NCBI GenBank assembly: GCA_016203305.1
Contig: JACQMY010000020.1
Coordinates: 8,003 to 72,002 of the forward strand
Length of the DNA: 64,000 bases
Direction of reading: 5' to 3'
Origin: Candidatus Woesearchaeota archaeon
GTDB lineage: Archaea > Nanobdellota > Nanobdellia > Woesearchaeales > ARS49
This document shows positions 1-8,659 of this stretch, piece after piece. The position numbers and the translations under genes were made by a program. The notes beneath the pieces are model-generated. The model searched no databases. It was not told the origin of the DNA and saw only the letters and a program-made list of their open reading frames with translations. Position 1 is the stretch's first letter; each line of letters starts with the position of its first letter.

Positions 1-377
1 AAAACCATGTCCGCATTCTGCAAGGCATTCTTAATATCGTGCTCGTTCTCCCTGGCGGCTTCCTCGCCCAACTTCGGATCAGAACCAGCACCCATACCTT
101 TTGTCCGTTCACGACCGATCAAAATCTTCTTATCAGCAGTCGTGTACAACAAGTCCTGAGCATCAGTGTTTATCCCAATAGTTTCAGCCCCCTGAATGCC
201 AACCTCAGCAATACGATTGATAGTGTTGTTTCCACCACCGCCACAACCAACCACCTTTATGCTCGCTCGCTGCCTGGACAACATCTCCTCAAGCTCAGTA
301 TCAATAGGGTGATTAGTTGTACGTTTTTGCAATAATTTCGGATCACTCGTTGGCTGCTGCGGCTTGATAAAATTCAT
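1..377 (-). CDS. ftsZ: Cell division GTPase FtsZ, N-terminal 125 codons; the gene runs off the window start
   Basis: Reverse-strand translation from the ATG at 377 gives MNFIKPQQ...IKVVGCGGGGNNTINRIAEVGIQGAETIGINTDAQDL...GMGAGSDPKLGEEAARE...ADMVF. The GGGGNN tubulin P-loop and the NTDAQ and ADMVF motifs are typical of FtsZ. It is missing from the ORF track because it is truncated at the window edge. Confidence 0.85.
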   Translation of the reverse strand, partial: MNFIKPQQPTSDPKLLQKRTTNHPIDTELEEMLSRQRASIKVVGCGGGGNNTINRIAEVGIQGAETIGINTDAQDLLYTTADKKILIGRERTKGMGAGSDPKLGEEAARENEHDIKNALQNADMV

Positions 378-483
378 CCCTTTTACACCCACCAGAACGA
401 ACAACCAATGCCTATTTAAGGATTGTTGAGAGTCAGAATATAGTTGCAGGCAGCTGGCTTTTGGACATTAGCTATTAGCCTGC

Positions 484-570
484 AGTTGGTAGTGTGGGTA
501 GGGCGCAGGATGAAGGAAGAAGATGGAAGGATGAAGGCAGTAGGACGTAGGTTGAAGAATGTAGACTACT
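484..570 (+). repeat. Degenerate heptamer tract (NNNNAGG)n in the divergent ftsZ/ribL spacer
   Basis: gcaggatgaaggaagaagatggaaggatgaaggcagtaggacgtaggttgaag has AGG at 7-nt spacing. It belongs to the same family as the other tracts listed below. Confidence 0.7.
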
Positions 571-640
571 AACTACGCACTACAAACTCAGAAGAAGGAC
601 GAGGAGCGTGAAATTATTAAACAAAGCCAAAAATACACTG

Positions 641-1075
641 CTAATGAAAACAGTAATGGCATTCGGAACATTTGATGTATTGCATCCAGGACACTTGTTT
701 CTATTTTCAGAAGCCAAAAAACATGGCGATCGCCTTGTGGTAGTTGTAGCCCGCGACAAAACAGTACAAAAAGTCAAAGGACACCAAACACTCCATGACG
801 AACAAAAAAGATTGCTTGCAGTCAAACAATCTACTGAAGTAGATCTGGCAGTACTCGGACACCTTGACGACGTATACAAAGTTCTTGAAGAACACAAGCC
901 AAACGTTATTTGCCTAGGGTACGACCAGCACGCATTCACAGACAAGCTAGCGTGTGAATTGGAAAAACGAAAAATAAACGCAAGCATAGTACGACTCCCA
1001 CCATACCAAGAACACTTATACAAAAGCTCGATCATCAAGAGCAAACACGCTTCCTGCCAACAGGATGTTCTCTAA
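641..1075 (+). CDS. ribL: FAD synthase / cytidylyltransferase-like nucleotidyltransferase (archaeal RibL type)
   Basis: MKTVMAFGTFDVLHPGHLFLF...VVVARD matches the HxGH nucleotidyltransferase motif and the layout of archaeal RibL. The ORF track starts at a GTG at 608; the ATG at 641 fits the RibL N-terminus better. Confidence 0.7.
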   Translation, partial: LMKTVMAFGTFDVLHPGHLFLFSEAKKHGDRLVVVVARDKTVQKVKGHQTLHDEQKRLLAVKQSTEVDLAVLGHLDDVYKVLEEHKPNVICLGYDQHAFTDKLACELEKRKINASIVRLPPYQEHLYKSSIIKSKHASCQQDVL

Positions 1076-1286
1076 ACACTTTTTTCAGATGCAACATGTC
1101 TGCAGTTGCTTTCTTGGCAGTCTCCTGATCCTTCGTCACATTGCGCAACTGCAACAGCCTCCGAATGACAGGAGCATAACCGTCACGCTTCACCAATCTT
1201 TCCAACAAAGAACGACGCTTTGATTGAAGCAAAGACTTGCTCCAACCACCAAGCTTGCCAGACTCAAAATGCGCCCATTTTTTCAT
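1035..1286 (-). CDS. Small basic hypothetical protein (83 aa), downstream of cmk and the FKBP gene on the same strand
   Basis: Lys/Arg-rich ORF. I cannot place it in a recognisable ribosomal-protein family. The call rests on position and intact reading frame only. Confidence 0.35.
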   Translation of the reverse strand: MKKWAHFESGKLGGWSKSLLQSKRRSLLERLVKRDGYAPVIRRLLQLRNVTKDQETAKKATADMLHLKKVFREHPVGRKRVCS

Positions 1287-1324
1287 AAGCTAAGTATAAT
1301 ATCTGCGCTTAAAAGAATTGTGAA

Positions 1325-2035
1325 TCAATGCTTATGATTCGGATCGCTATGGTCGTGTCCAGCATGATCGTGATGGTCGTCTGCTTTTTTTGACTCTGGT
1401 TCATGAAGGATGTAATCAACGTCACAACCTGTCAGTTCCTTAACCTTCTTAGAAAGCTCGGCCAAAATTTCAGCAGGCAACTTTGGAATGTCAACCTTTG
1501 CCTTATTGCCAGCAACTTCAACCTTTGTCCTAATGCCCAAAAGCACCTTAAGAATGGATTCAACCTGCACCTTTTTGTCCGTAACAACCTTGTTAACCTT
1601 CAGCTCGTAAATAACATCATGACCAGCAAGAGGGTGGTTGAAATCAACAACAGTTCTGCCACCACTAACAGACTTGATAATGCCAACGTAGCCGTCAATA
1701 TTTAATCTCAGACCAGGAACAGGCTTGATCCCTTGTTCAGCAAACTTGTTAGTCGGCAACATTTTCAGCATGCTAGCATCTTTTTTGCCAAAAGCATGGT
1801 CTGCCTTAATTTCAACAGAAAACTTGCCAGCATCCTTGCCAACCAAAAACTCATCTAGACCCTTCAACAAATGGCCCTCGCCAACGCAGATAACAATAGG
1901 TTGGTATATTGCATTCTTCGCATGAATCTTAGACTCCTTCGCAGTTTTCTCATCAGTAGTATCAAACACTTCATTAGAATCCTTCAAACGGCCAGTATAT
2001 TCCAACTCGACAAAATCGTTCTTTTTAATCGGCAT
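1325..2035 (-). CDS. FKBP-type peptidyl-prolyl cis-trans isomerase (long archaeal SlyD/FKBP26-like) with a His-rich C-terminal tail
   Basis: The FKBP fold signature is present (VELEYTGRL..G.VFDTT, HPLAGH). The C-terminal HHDHAGHDHSDPNHKH resembles SlyD metal-binding tails. The likely start is the ATG at 2035 (MPIKKNDF). The GTG at 2053 overlaps the cmk stop. Confidence 0.8.
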   Translation of the reverse strand: MPIKKNDFVELEYTGRLKDSNEVFDTTDEKTAKESKIHAKNAIYQPIVICVGEGHLLKGLDEFLVGKDAGKFSVEIKADHAFGKKDASMLKMLPTNKFAEQGIKPVPGLRLNIDGYVGIIKSVSGGRTVVDFNHPLAGHDVIYELKVNKVVTDKKVQVESILKVLLGIRTKVEVAGNKAKVDIPKLPAEILAELSKKVKELTGCDVDYILHEPESKKADDHHDHAGHDHSDPNHKH

Positions 2036-2049
2036 AGAACGAGGGGGAC

Positions 2050-2601
2050 TCACTTGCTTTTTAAAACTTTGCCCTTCATCAAATCAATGATCTTTTTGGC
2101 TATTTTATCCGGTGTGAGATTTGTTGTGTCAATAATGTGGTCATAATTCTTCAGATTCAAAAAGTCAACATTATACCATTTCTTATAGCGAGCAGCTGTC
2201 TCGTTCAGCCTTTTTGAAATCATTTCAAACACTTCTTCAACGGAATCCTTGTGCGCTTCATCAGGCCGTTGGTTTGCGAAAATCCGTCTTGCAGCTTCAT
2301 GTAAATCGACGTCCAGAAAAATCTTCACAGAGTTTGGAATAAAATTCCACGCAAGCCAGCTGTCAAACACGATATTATCCTCGGTCTTGCCCATCTTTTC
2401 TAGCAAATCATCACACTCCTTATCAGTCCAGATCTCCTTCTTTCCAACCTCATTCAACTGGTCTATAGTCAGCCCGTGCTTCATCGCGATCTGGCCTCTC
2501 AAATCGCCAGCAGAAAAAAACTTGTAACCAAGCTCCTTTGCTACAATCCTAGCAACAGTAGACTTTCCAGAACCTGGCTTACCGGTAAGTGTGATTATCA
2601 T
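2050..2601 (-). CDS. cmk: Cytidylate kinase, archaeal type
   Basis: MIITLTGKPGSGKSTVARIVAKELGYKFFSAGD carries the P-loop. Length and layout match archaeal CMP kinases. Confidence 0.8.
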   Translation of the reverse strand: MIITLTGKPGSGKSTVARIVAKELGYKFFSAGDLRGQIAMKHGLTIDQLNEVGKKEIWTDKECDDLLEKMGKTEDNIVFDSWLAWNFIPNSVKIFLDVDLHEAARRIFANQRPDEAHKDSVEEVFEMISKRLNETAARYKKWYNVDFLNLKNYDHIIDTTNLTPDKIAKKIIDLMKGKVLKSK

Positions 2602-2692
2602 TTCTTTGCAAAATATTTACTTGTTTATAATCATTATTGTAGCCCTCTTTTATAAAAATTATCAATAGAGGATAAAATTTATAAAGAGGTCC

Positions 2693-3577
2693 TTGTGGCA
2701 GCAGACTGTGAGTGAAGAAATCCAGTTTGAAGAACAACATCAGACACAAGTAGCTATTGCTCCTGAAATGAGCAGAGCATACAAGGAAGCAACAGGAGAC
2801 ACAAACAAACTCCACGACGTCTACGCACTAGGCTTTCAACTTGAACTAATTCTGGAAAGACTAGCACGGCCGGTAGTTACAAGGTATAATCCCTTCCATG
2901 AGCTTGTCGGCATTCAAACAACATTCCACCTGCCAGTACCAGTTGATGCAACATGCACTGCAGAAATCAAAGCAGACGCAGATAGAGCCTATATTCAGGC
3001 ACAACTTATCCACGAAGGAAAAGTTGCAACAACCAGCGAATTACGTTATGGCTTCGAAGGAGTCAGACTATGCGCTCCTGGAACACTTTGCCTTGCAGTA
3101 CCAACAATTGAAGCACGCGCAAAACAACACCTTCCAGTACAATACGTGCTAACTGAACAAAACGCGCGACTTGCAGCACAAGGAATAGGCAAAACAGAAC
3201 CAGACTATGCAGCATTAGCACTAGGACTAGTAAGCAACGCGCTAATCCAACGAGCACGAGAACTCCAACCAGAAGGAGGAGAATCAAAACAACCAAAATA
3301 CGACCAGCACACAATCATACCCTGCGCAGGAATACGCGAGCTTACAGACGGCACAAGTATAGATGTATATGTTGCCCTAGAACCAATAGAAGAAACAGTA
3401 AAAAATCCATTAACTGGAAATCGCACAGAACTCAAGCGCACAAACAGATACCGCGCATTAGCATACGCAGAAGCAGAAAAAGTGCCAGTCTATGCATTCC
3501 TCGCGCAAATCAAAATCATGAAAGAAGGCGGACTACAAAGACTGCTTGACAAGGCAAAAAGAACCGCAAACCCATAA
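2693..3577 (+). CDS. Hypothetical protein (294 aa)
   Basis: Long ORF with ordinary composition, upstream of the thermosome gene on the same strand. No family recognised. Confidence 0.5.
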   Translation: MWQQTVSEEIQFEEQHQTQVAIAPEMSRAYKEATGDTNKLHDVYALGFQLELILERLARPVVTRYNPFHELVGIQTTFHLPVPVDATCTAEIKADADRAYIQAQLIHEGKVATTSELRYGFEGVRLCAPGTLCLAVPTIEARAKQHLPVQYVLTEQNARLAAQGIGKTEPDYAALALGLVSNALIQRARELQPEGGESKQPKYDQHTIIPCAGIRELTDGTSIDVYVALEPIEETVKNPLTGNRTELKRTNRYRALAYAEAEKVPVYAFLAQIKIMKEGGLQRLLDKAKRTANP

Positions 3578-3626
3578 TCTTTTTAAACCACCTGCTTCCG
3601 ATTATAGTAATACTGGGGTGAACACC

Positions 3627-3657
3627 ATGGTATCGAAAGCTTCGCTTTCGGAACCAT
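3627..3657. promoter_or_regulatory. Near-palindromic 31-nt element in the thermosome promoter region; candidate heat-shock operator
   Basis: GGTATCGAAAGC TTC GCTTTCGGAACC has a perfect CGAAAGC/GCTTTCG core. AT-rich TATA-like boxes flank it at 3604-3614 and 3655-3664, and GGAGGTG sits 7 nt before the ATG. Confidence 0.4.
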
Positions 3658-3696
3658 AAAAATCACTTTAGCACATAAACACTGGAGGTGTTTTTT

Positions 3697-5322
3697 ATGG
3701 CCAAAGAAGTACAACCAATCTTTATCCTGCCGGAAGGCACACAACGAACTACAGGAAAGAACGCGCAACGCAACAACATAATGGCAGCAAAACTAGTTGC
3801 TGAAACTGTTCGCACAACACTAGGGCCAAAAGGCATGGACAAAATGATCGTTGACTCAATGGGAGACATCACCATAACAAACGACGGAGTCACAATCCTT
3901 GAAGAGATGCAAGTAGAACACCCAGCAGCAAAAATGATAGTCGAAGTAGCAAAGACACAAGAAGCAGAAGTCGGAGATGGAACGACAACAGCGGTTGTCA
4001 TCGCAGGCGAACTACTTAGACGCGCAGAAGAACTACTAGACCAAAACGTGCATCCGACAGTCATCGCGCGCGGCTTCAGACTAGCAGAAGAAAAAGCACA
4101 AGAAGTCCTCAACAAAATAGCAGAAGACGTGAGCGACAAAGATGATGCAGTATTGCGGAAGATAGCAGGAACAGCATTAACAGGCAAGGGAGCAGAATCA
4201 GCAAAGGACAAACTCTCAGAAATAGCAGTCAAAGCAGTCAAACGCGTGATCGAACATGAAGGAGGACACATCCACTTCGACAGAGACAATGTCAAGCTAG
4301 AAAAGAAAACAGGCGGCTCGGTGGAAGACACAGAACTAATTGAAGGAATCGTAGTAGAAAAAGAAGCAGTGCATCCCCAAATGCCAAAAATGATCAAAGC
4401 ACCAAAAATCGTATTGCTGGATTGCGCAATAGAAATCAAAGACACGGAAATAGACGCAAAAATCGAAATAACAGAACCATCACAAATGCAAGCATTCTTG
4501 GCACAGGAAGAAAAAATACTGTCAGAAATGGCAGACAAAATAGCAGCAAGCGGCGCAAACGTCCTCTTCTGCCAAAAAGGAATAGATGATTTAGCTCAAC
4601 ACTTCCTGGCTAAAAAAGGCATATACGCAGCAAGACGGGTGAAGAAAAGCGACTTAGAAGCACTCAGCAGAGCAACAGGAGCGCGCGTAGTGACGTCAAT
4701 CAAAGACTTGAACAGCAAAGACCTAGGAACAGCCGGTATGGTAGAAGAGAAAAAAATCGGCAGCGAAGAAATGACCTTTGTAACAGGATGCAAAAACCCA
4801 AAGGCAGTAACAATATTGGTACGCGGCGGAACCGAGCATGTTGTTGATGAAGCAAAAAGAGCGCTTACTGACGCCATAGGAGACGTAGCAGCATCAATCA
4901 AAATCGGCAAAGTAGTGGCAGGAGCAGGAGCGCCAGAAATAGAAGTCTCAAAAGAATTACGCAAGTTCTCAGACACCCTAACAGGAAGAGAGCAACTAGC
5001 AGTCATGGCTTTTGCTGAAGCACTCGAAGTAATTCCAAGAACGCTCGCAGAGAACGCAGGAATGGACCCAATAGACATCTTGGTTGAGTTGCGCGCGGCT
5101 CATGATAAGAAGCAGAAGTGGGCAGGCATAGACGTCTTCAAAGGAAAAGTAGTAGATTCATGGGCAGCAGGTGTAATTGAGCCACTCAAGATAAAAACAC
5201 AAGCTCTGAGTTCTGCATCAGAAGTGGCACAAATGATACTGCGAATAGACGACGTCATAGCTGGCAGCAGCAAAGGCGGCGGAATGCCACCAATGGGCGG
5301 CGGCCACGGAATGGAGATGTAA
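3697..5322 (+). CDS. ths: Thermosome subunit (group II chaperonin)
   Basis: [28 protein letters not shown]...LGPKGMDKM...[16 protein letters not shown] and a C-terminal GGM tail ([15 protein letters not shown]). The ATG at 3697 is preceded by GGAGGTG. Confidence 0.95.
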   Translation: MAKEVQPIFILPEGTQRTTGKNAQRNNIMAAKLVAETVRTTLGPKGMDKMIVDSMGDITITNDGVTILEEMQVEHPAAKMIVEVAKTQEAEVGDGTTTAVVIAGELLRRAEELLDQNVHPTVIARGFRLAEEKAQEVLNKIAEDVSDKDDAVLRKIAGTALTGKGAESAKDKLSEIAVKAVKRVIEHEGGHIHFDRDNVKLEKKTGGSVEDTELIEGIVVEKEAVHPQMPKMIKAPKIVLLDCAIEIKDTEIDAKIEITEPSQMQAFLAQEEKILSEMADKIAASGANVLFCQKGIDDLAQHFLAKKGIYAARRVKKSDLEALSRATGARVVTSIKDLNSKDLGTAGMVEEKKIGSEEMTFVTGCKNPKAVTILVRGGTEHVVDEAKRALTDAIGDVAASIKIGKVVAGAGAPEIEVSKELRKFSDTLTGREQLAVMAFAEALEVIPRTLAENAGMDPIDILVELRAAHDKKQKWAGIDVFKGKVVDSWAAGVIEPLKIKTQALSSASEVAQMILRIDDVIAGSSKGGGMPPMGGGHGMEM

Positions 5323-5432
5323 GATAGGATGAAGGACGTTAGGGATTAGGCATTGGGTACTAGGTTGTAGGTATTAGGACGAAGGGCGCAGGATGAAGGC
5401 GGAAGGAAGAAGGACACAGGTTGTAGGAAAAA
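5322..5432 (+). repeat. Heptamer tract (NNNNAGG)n immediately 3' of the thermosome gene
   Basis: GATTAGG CATTGGG TACTAGG TTGTAGG TATTAGG ACGAAGG GCGCAGG ATGAAGG CGGAAGG AAGAAGG ACACAGG TTGTAGG: twelve consecutive in-phase 7-mers ending in AGG or GGG. Confidence 0.8.
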
Positions 5433-5626
5433 GATAAGAACTGTTGGCTGTCCAGATCCTAACCAAGCATACATAACAACGCCAACAATCGTTTAAAGCT
5501 CATACGAGTTCTTAACCAAAACGAGCTTAACTAAACTTTGCAAGGGAAAACGTACAGTATGTGGGGAAATCTTTATATATCCTCCAAGCTCTATTTAAAT
5601 CATTCAACAATAAAAAGGTGATTTAC

Positions 5627-6157
5627 ATGCCAGAAGACGTTCCTCCACAAGAAGAAGAATATGAATTACTTCCGCACAAAGAAATAGAAGAGCTAAAACA
5701 AGAACTCTCCAAACTAAAAGAATTTGAAGTAACACCAAGCAAAAAAATGCACGTCAGCTTGCTGGAACTCAATACAAAGCTCGACAAATTGCTAACCATC
5801 TTTGAAGATGCAGCGCACGAAATGAGAGTAGAAGAAGGCGGACTAAGCTTTGCAGAAAAAATGCGACCACTACTCGAAAAGATGAACAAGGTGCTAGAAC
5901 AAAATAGCGAGATAGCATCAGGCATACTTGCACTTGCGGACATGGTAAAAGACGTGAAAGGACCAACATCCATGCATGACGAGCCAAGAATGCCAGAACC
6001 AGTATTCCCAACACCAGCAGCACCGGCAGGAATGCCTCCACTGCCAGGAATGCCACCAGGAGGAATGCCACTTCAAGGCGCAGGAATCCAGCCGCCACCA
6101 AGAGGCAACATACCACCACTCCCGCCACTTCCACGCAAAAGAACGTTCGGACTCTAA
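5627..6157 (+). CDS. Coiled-coil protein with a Pro/Gly/Met-rich C-terminal tail, hypothetical
   Basis: The ATG at 5627 is preceded by AAGGTGA. Heptad-like EELKQELSKLKEF runs into PAAPAGMPPLPGMPPGGMP...PPLPPLP. Confidence 0.5.
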   Translation: MPEDVPPQEEEYELLPHKEIEELKQELSKLKEFEVTPSKKMHVSLLELNTKLDKLLTIFEDAAHEMRVEEGGLSFAEKMRPLLEKMNKVLEQNSEIASGILALADMVKDVKGPTSMHDEPRMPEPVFPTPAAPAGMPPLPGMPPGGMPLQGAGIQPPPRGNIPPLPPLPRKRTFGL

Positions 6158-6160
6158 ACA

Positions 6161-6700
6161 ATGACCAAGCTAGACATCGGAGACATGTTTATAGACCGAG
6201 TAAAAAGCAGCCTATTTCTCTACTACCTAGCACGCGCAAGCCAAAGACAAGATAACAGGCAATTAAGGCATCGCAAGGAAGAACTAGCAGTCAAACAAAT
6301 GCGCAAGCTAAACACCAACGCCCTACGTGGGCACGTAAAAGAACTAGACACGCACATGACAGAAGCAATAAAACGCGAAAGAGCCATACAAACCCACCAG
6401 CAAGGAGAAGAACACGTACACACAGAACTAAAACACAAAATCACAGCACTAGAAGGCAAGCTAGGAAGATATTTGGAAACACAAGAACAACGCAAAAAAA
6501 GAGTGCAAGAGCTTGAGCAAAAAATTGTTCAAAAATTCAAAACCAAAAAAGAAAAAATAAACGCATTACACCAGGATGTAAGCAAGCTAACCAAGATTTA
6601 TTTAGCAATAAAGAAAAGCAGAAAGCACACACCAGAACAATTGTTACGCGTTGCGAAACGGATAGCGGTGCTGAAGCAAAGAATAGCGATGCTGCACTAA
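6161..6700 (+). CDS. Coiled-coil hypothetical protein, co-operonic with the preceding gene
   Basis: It starts 4 nt after the previous stop. It is highly charged and predicted helical throughout. Confidence 0.5.
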   Translation: MTKLDIGDMFIDRVKSSLFLYYLARASQRQDNRQLRHRKEELAVKQMRKLNTNALRGHVKELDTHMTEAIKRERAIQTHQQGEEHVHTELKHKITALEGKLGRYLETQEQRKKRVQELEQKIVQKFKTKKEKINALHQDVSKLTKIYLAIKKSRKHTPEQLLRVAKRIAVLKQRIAMLH

Positions 6701-6718
6701 GTCTCCAAATGCCGCTCA

Positions 6719-7153
6719 TCAAGCCTTATTTGCCTGAGAAAGATATTCTCCAGGGGTGATGATCTTTGTCTTTCCAATTTGTTTAAGAACGAGCAGATCA
6801 TCATCCAGTGAAACCAAAAAATCAGCATCTATTTGATTTGCAAGCGAAAGAAACTTATCATCTTTTGGATCGCGACACAATCTAATCTCAAATTCCTGCA
6901 GTTGCTGAATATCATAAGAAACCTCTTGAATGATATGAAGAAAATGATCCTGCTTTTCTCTGTCCAACCCAAACTTTTCTCTCGACAAGACACTCTTCAC
7001 TTCTTCAATAATCTCTCTGGTGTAAAAATTGAATACACGTTGCTGAACAATTTGCTCGAAGACAGCGGCAGCACCGCCCGTCTCAGAAAGAAGTGCGGCC
7101 ACGTACGCGCTCGAGTCCAAAATGACTCTAACGCTTCTTGATCTCTCCAACAA
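6719..7153 (-). CDS. vapC: PIN-domain ribonuclease toxin (VapC-like)
   Basis: VILDSSAYVA....D...FLSLANQIDADFLVSLDDD shows the acidic residues of a PIN fold. It overlaps the upstream AbrB-type gene by 26 nt. Confidence 0.65.
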   Translation of the reverse strand: MLERSRSVRVILDSSAYVAALLSETGGAAAVFEQIVQQRVFNFYTREIIEEVKSVLSREKFGLDREKQDHFLHIIQEVSYDIQQLQEFEIRLCRDPKDDKFLSLANQIDADFLVSLDDDLLVLKQIGKTKIITPGEYLSQANKA

Positions 7154-7373
7154 TCTCCGCCTCGCTCAACTTCTCCACGGATGCTCTCAGATTCTGGAAT
7201 TCGCCCAGGAGTTTCTTCCGGTCAACACGCCGGAAAACCAACGTATCCTTATCTACCATCACTATGCTGAACAGCGTTCCCTTTGGAGCAGGCATCTGAT
7301 CACGAATAGACTTTGGAATAACAGCCTGTCCGCGTTCTCCGACCGTTGTCAATTCTACTTCCATGCCTTTCAT
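7128..7373 (-). CDS. vapB: AbrB/SpoVT-MazE-type antitoxin (VapB-like)
   Basis: VGERGQAVIPKSIRDQM is the swapped-hairpin AbrB DNA-binding signature. It sits directly upstream of and overlapping the PIN gene. Confidence 0.65.
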   Translation of the reverse strand: MKGMEVELTTVGERGQAVIPKSIRDQMPAPKGTLFSIVMVDKDTLVFRRVDRKKLLGEFQNLRASVEKLSEAEIVGEIKKR

Positions 7374-7380
7374 TCATATT

Positions 7381-7397
7381 AGTATGATAATCATACT
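7381..7397. promoter_or_regulatory. Perfect palindrome AGTATGAT-A-ATCATACT 8 nt upstream of the vapB start; candidate autoregulatory operator
   Basis: Read directly from the sequence. It sits where TA operators usually sit. Confidence 0.4.
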
Positions 7398-7499
7398 TAT
7401 AAAGATTGCGTTTTTATGTGTGATTATCAAATAGTCCTTATGAAACGAGAAGACTGGCTAAGAATTGTCAAGCCAACCATTGTGGAATTTAGCAACTAA

Positions 7500-8612
7500 T
7501 CACTTGAACTGTAACAGCGCACCACGATAAGTATGAATCCGAATACCCTGTTGTCGCGTCACTTCGCCCGCAACCTTTGCCTCCAAGCCACGGTTTTTTG
7601 CAATTGCAATCACCTGCTCTGGCTGCGGCGTCACCAATAACATGCCATTCCCCATATTCCACGTCCTGTGCGCATCCTCCTCGCTCATCCGCGCCATATC
7701 GTGAATGTCTTTCATCACTTGCGGTGGCTCAAATAACCCTCCCAACGTTGCCCCAAACCCTGAAGGCTGCAACGCCCGTTTCAGCTTCTCAGGAATTCCG
7801 CCGCCAGTAATGTGCGCAACCGCGTGAAGCTTCGCACGAGGCTCATCCCAAACGCCCCCAAACATATCAACGACCGCGGCAGAATAAATGACTGAAGGAG
7901 TAAGCGCCAACTCGCCCAAATGAGCACCCTCTAGTGTTGTTTCCCAGTTCATCCCGTACGCATCACGCAACGTCCTGCGCACCAGCGAAATCCCGTTCGA
8001 GCGAAAACCATTCTCGCGCAAAGCAACAATTGCATCACCTGGCACTACCTCCTTGCCCGTAATCATCTTGTCCTCATGCGCAAACCACACTAACCCTGCG
8101 CCCCAATTATAGTTGAAACCACTATAACCCGAAACACGCGCGCCAAGCTCGGCAACCTCACCATTAATCACAGCAACACCCGCATCCCTCGCTGCGTGCA
8201 CGTACCCTACAGCTAACTGCGCGATCACATTCAAATGATTTTTTTGCGGGCCATTCAACTGATTCACATCCAAAATAGAACCGACCAACACGGGCTCAGC
8301 ACCACGAACAACCGCATCATCGCATACCATCGCAAACAAATCATATGCCACCGTATCATGACTCCCCAAACGCTCCGCAAGTTCCACCTTCGTTCCCACA
8401 CCATCAAACCCCAATGACATGATCGTGCCCTTTGGGAGGTTGCCAACTCTTATTGCTCGCAAACCAGAAAAAGAATCGGTTGGAACAATCACTTCACCTA
8501 AACGACCCTTTCTATTCTCCCACGTCTGCTTTGCCGCCTCATAAAAGATCCGCGAAGCGCCCTCTTTTAGATCATCATGAACCCCTGCGGCAGCATATGC
8601 CTCGTTCGCCAT
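7500..8612 (-). CDS. purM: Phosphoribosylformylglycinamidine cyclo-ligase (AIR synthase)
   Basis: GFDGVGTKV, AMVCDD and the HITGGG-like motifs match the PurM family. The start is the ATG at 8612 (MANEAYAAAGV); the ORF track extends upstream to 8678. Confidence 0.9.
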   Translation of the reverse strand: MANEAYAAAGVHDDLKEGASRIFYEAAKQTWENRKGRLGEVIVPTDSFSGLRAIRVGNLPKGTIMSLGFDGVGTKVELAERLGSHDTVAYDLFAMVCDDAVVRGAEPVLVGSILDVNQLNGPQKNHLNVIAQLAVGYVHAARDAGVAVINGEVAELGARVSGYSGFNYNWGAGLVWFAHEDKMITGKEVVPGDAIVALRENGFRSNGISLVRRTLRDAYGMNWETTLEGAHLGELALTPSVIYSAAVVDMFGGVWDEPRAKLHAVAHITGGGIPEKLKRALQPSGFGATLGGLFEPPQVMKDIHDMARMSEEDAHRTWNMGNGMLLVTPQPEQVIAIAKNRGLEAKVAGEVTRQQGIRIHTYRGALLQFK

Positions 8613-8659
8613 GCGATTCTTTTTCAAGAACTTAGTTATAAGAATTATTGTTCTCAAAT

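Noticed and set aside
39-335. 98-aa + strand ORF at the window start
   Set aside because: It lies antisense to a clear FtsZ N-terminal coding region on the minus strand (GGGGNN, NTDAQ, ADMVF motifs). The + ORF has no features of a real gene.
3663-4538. 291-aa Ser/Thr/Ile-rich minus-strand ORF
   Set aside because: Entirely antisense to the thermosome gene. Long antisense ORFs are expected in an AT-rich genome with A-rich codons.
5769-6161. 130-aa and 116-aa minus-strand ORFs
   Set aside because: Antisense to the coiled-coil gene 5627..6157. Leu/Val-rich low-complexity translations typical of antisense GAA/AAG-rich coding sequence.
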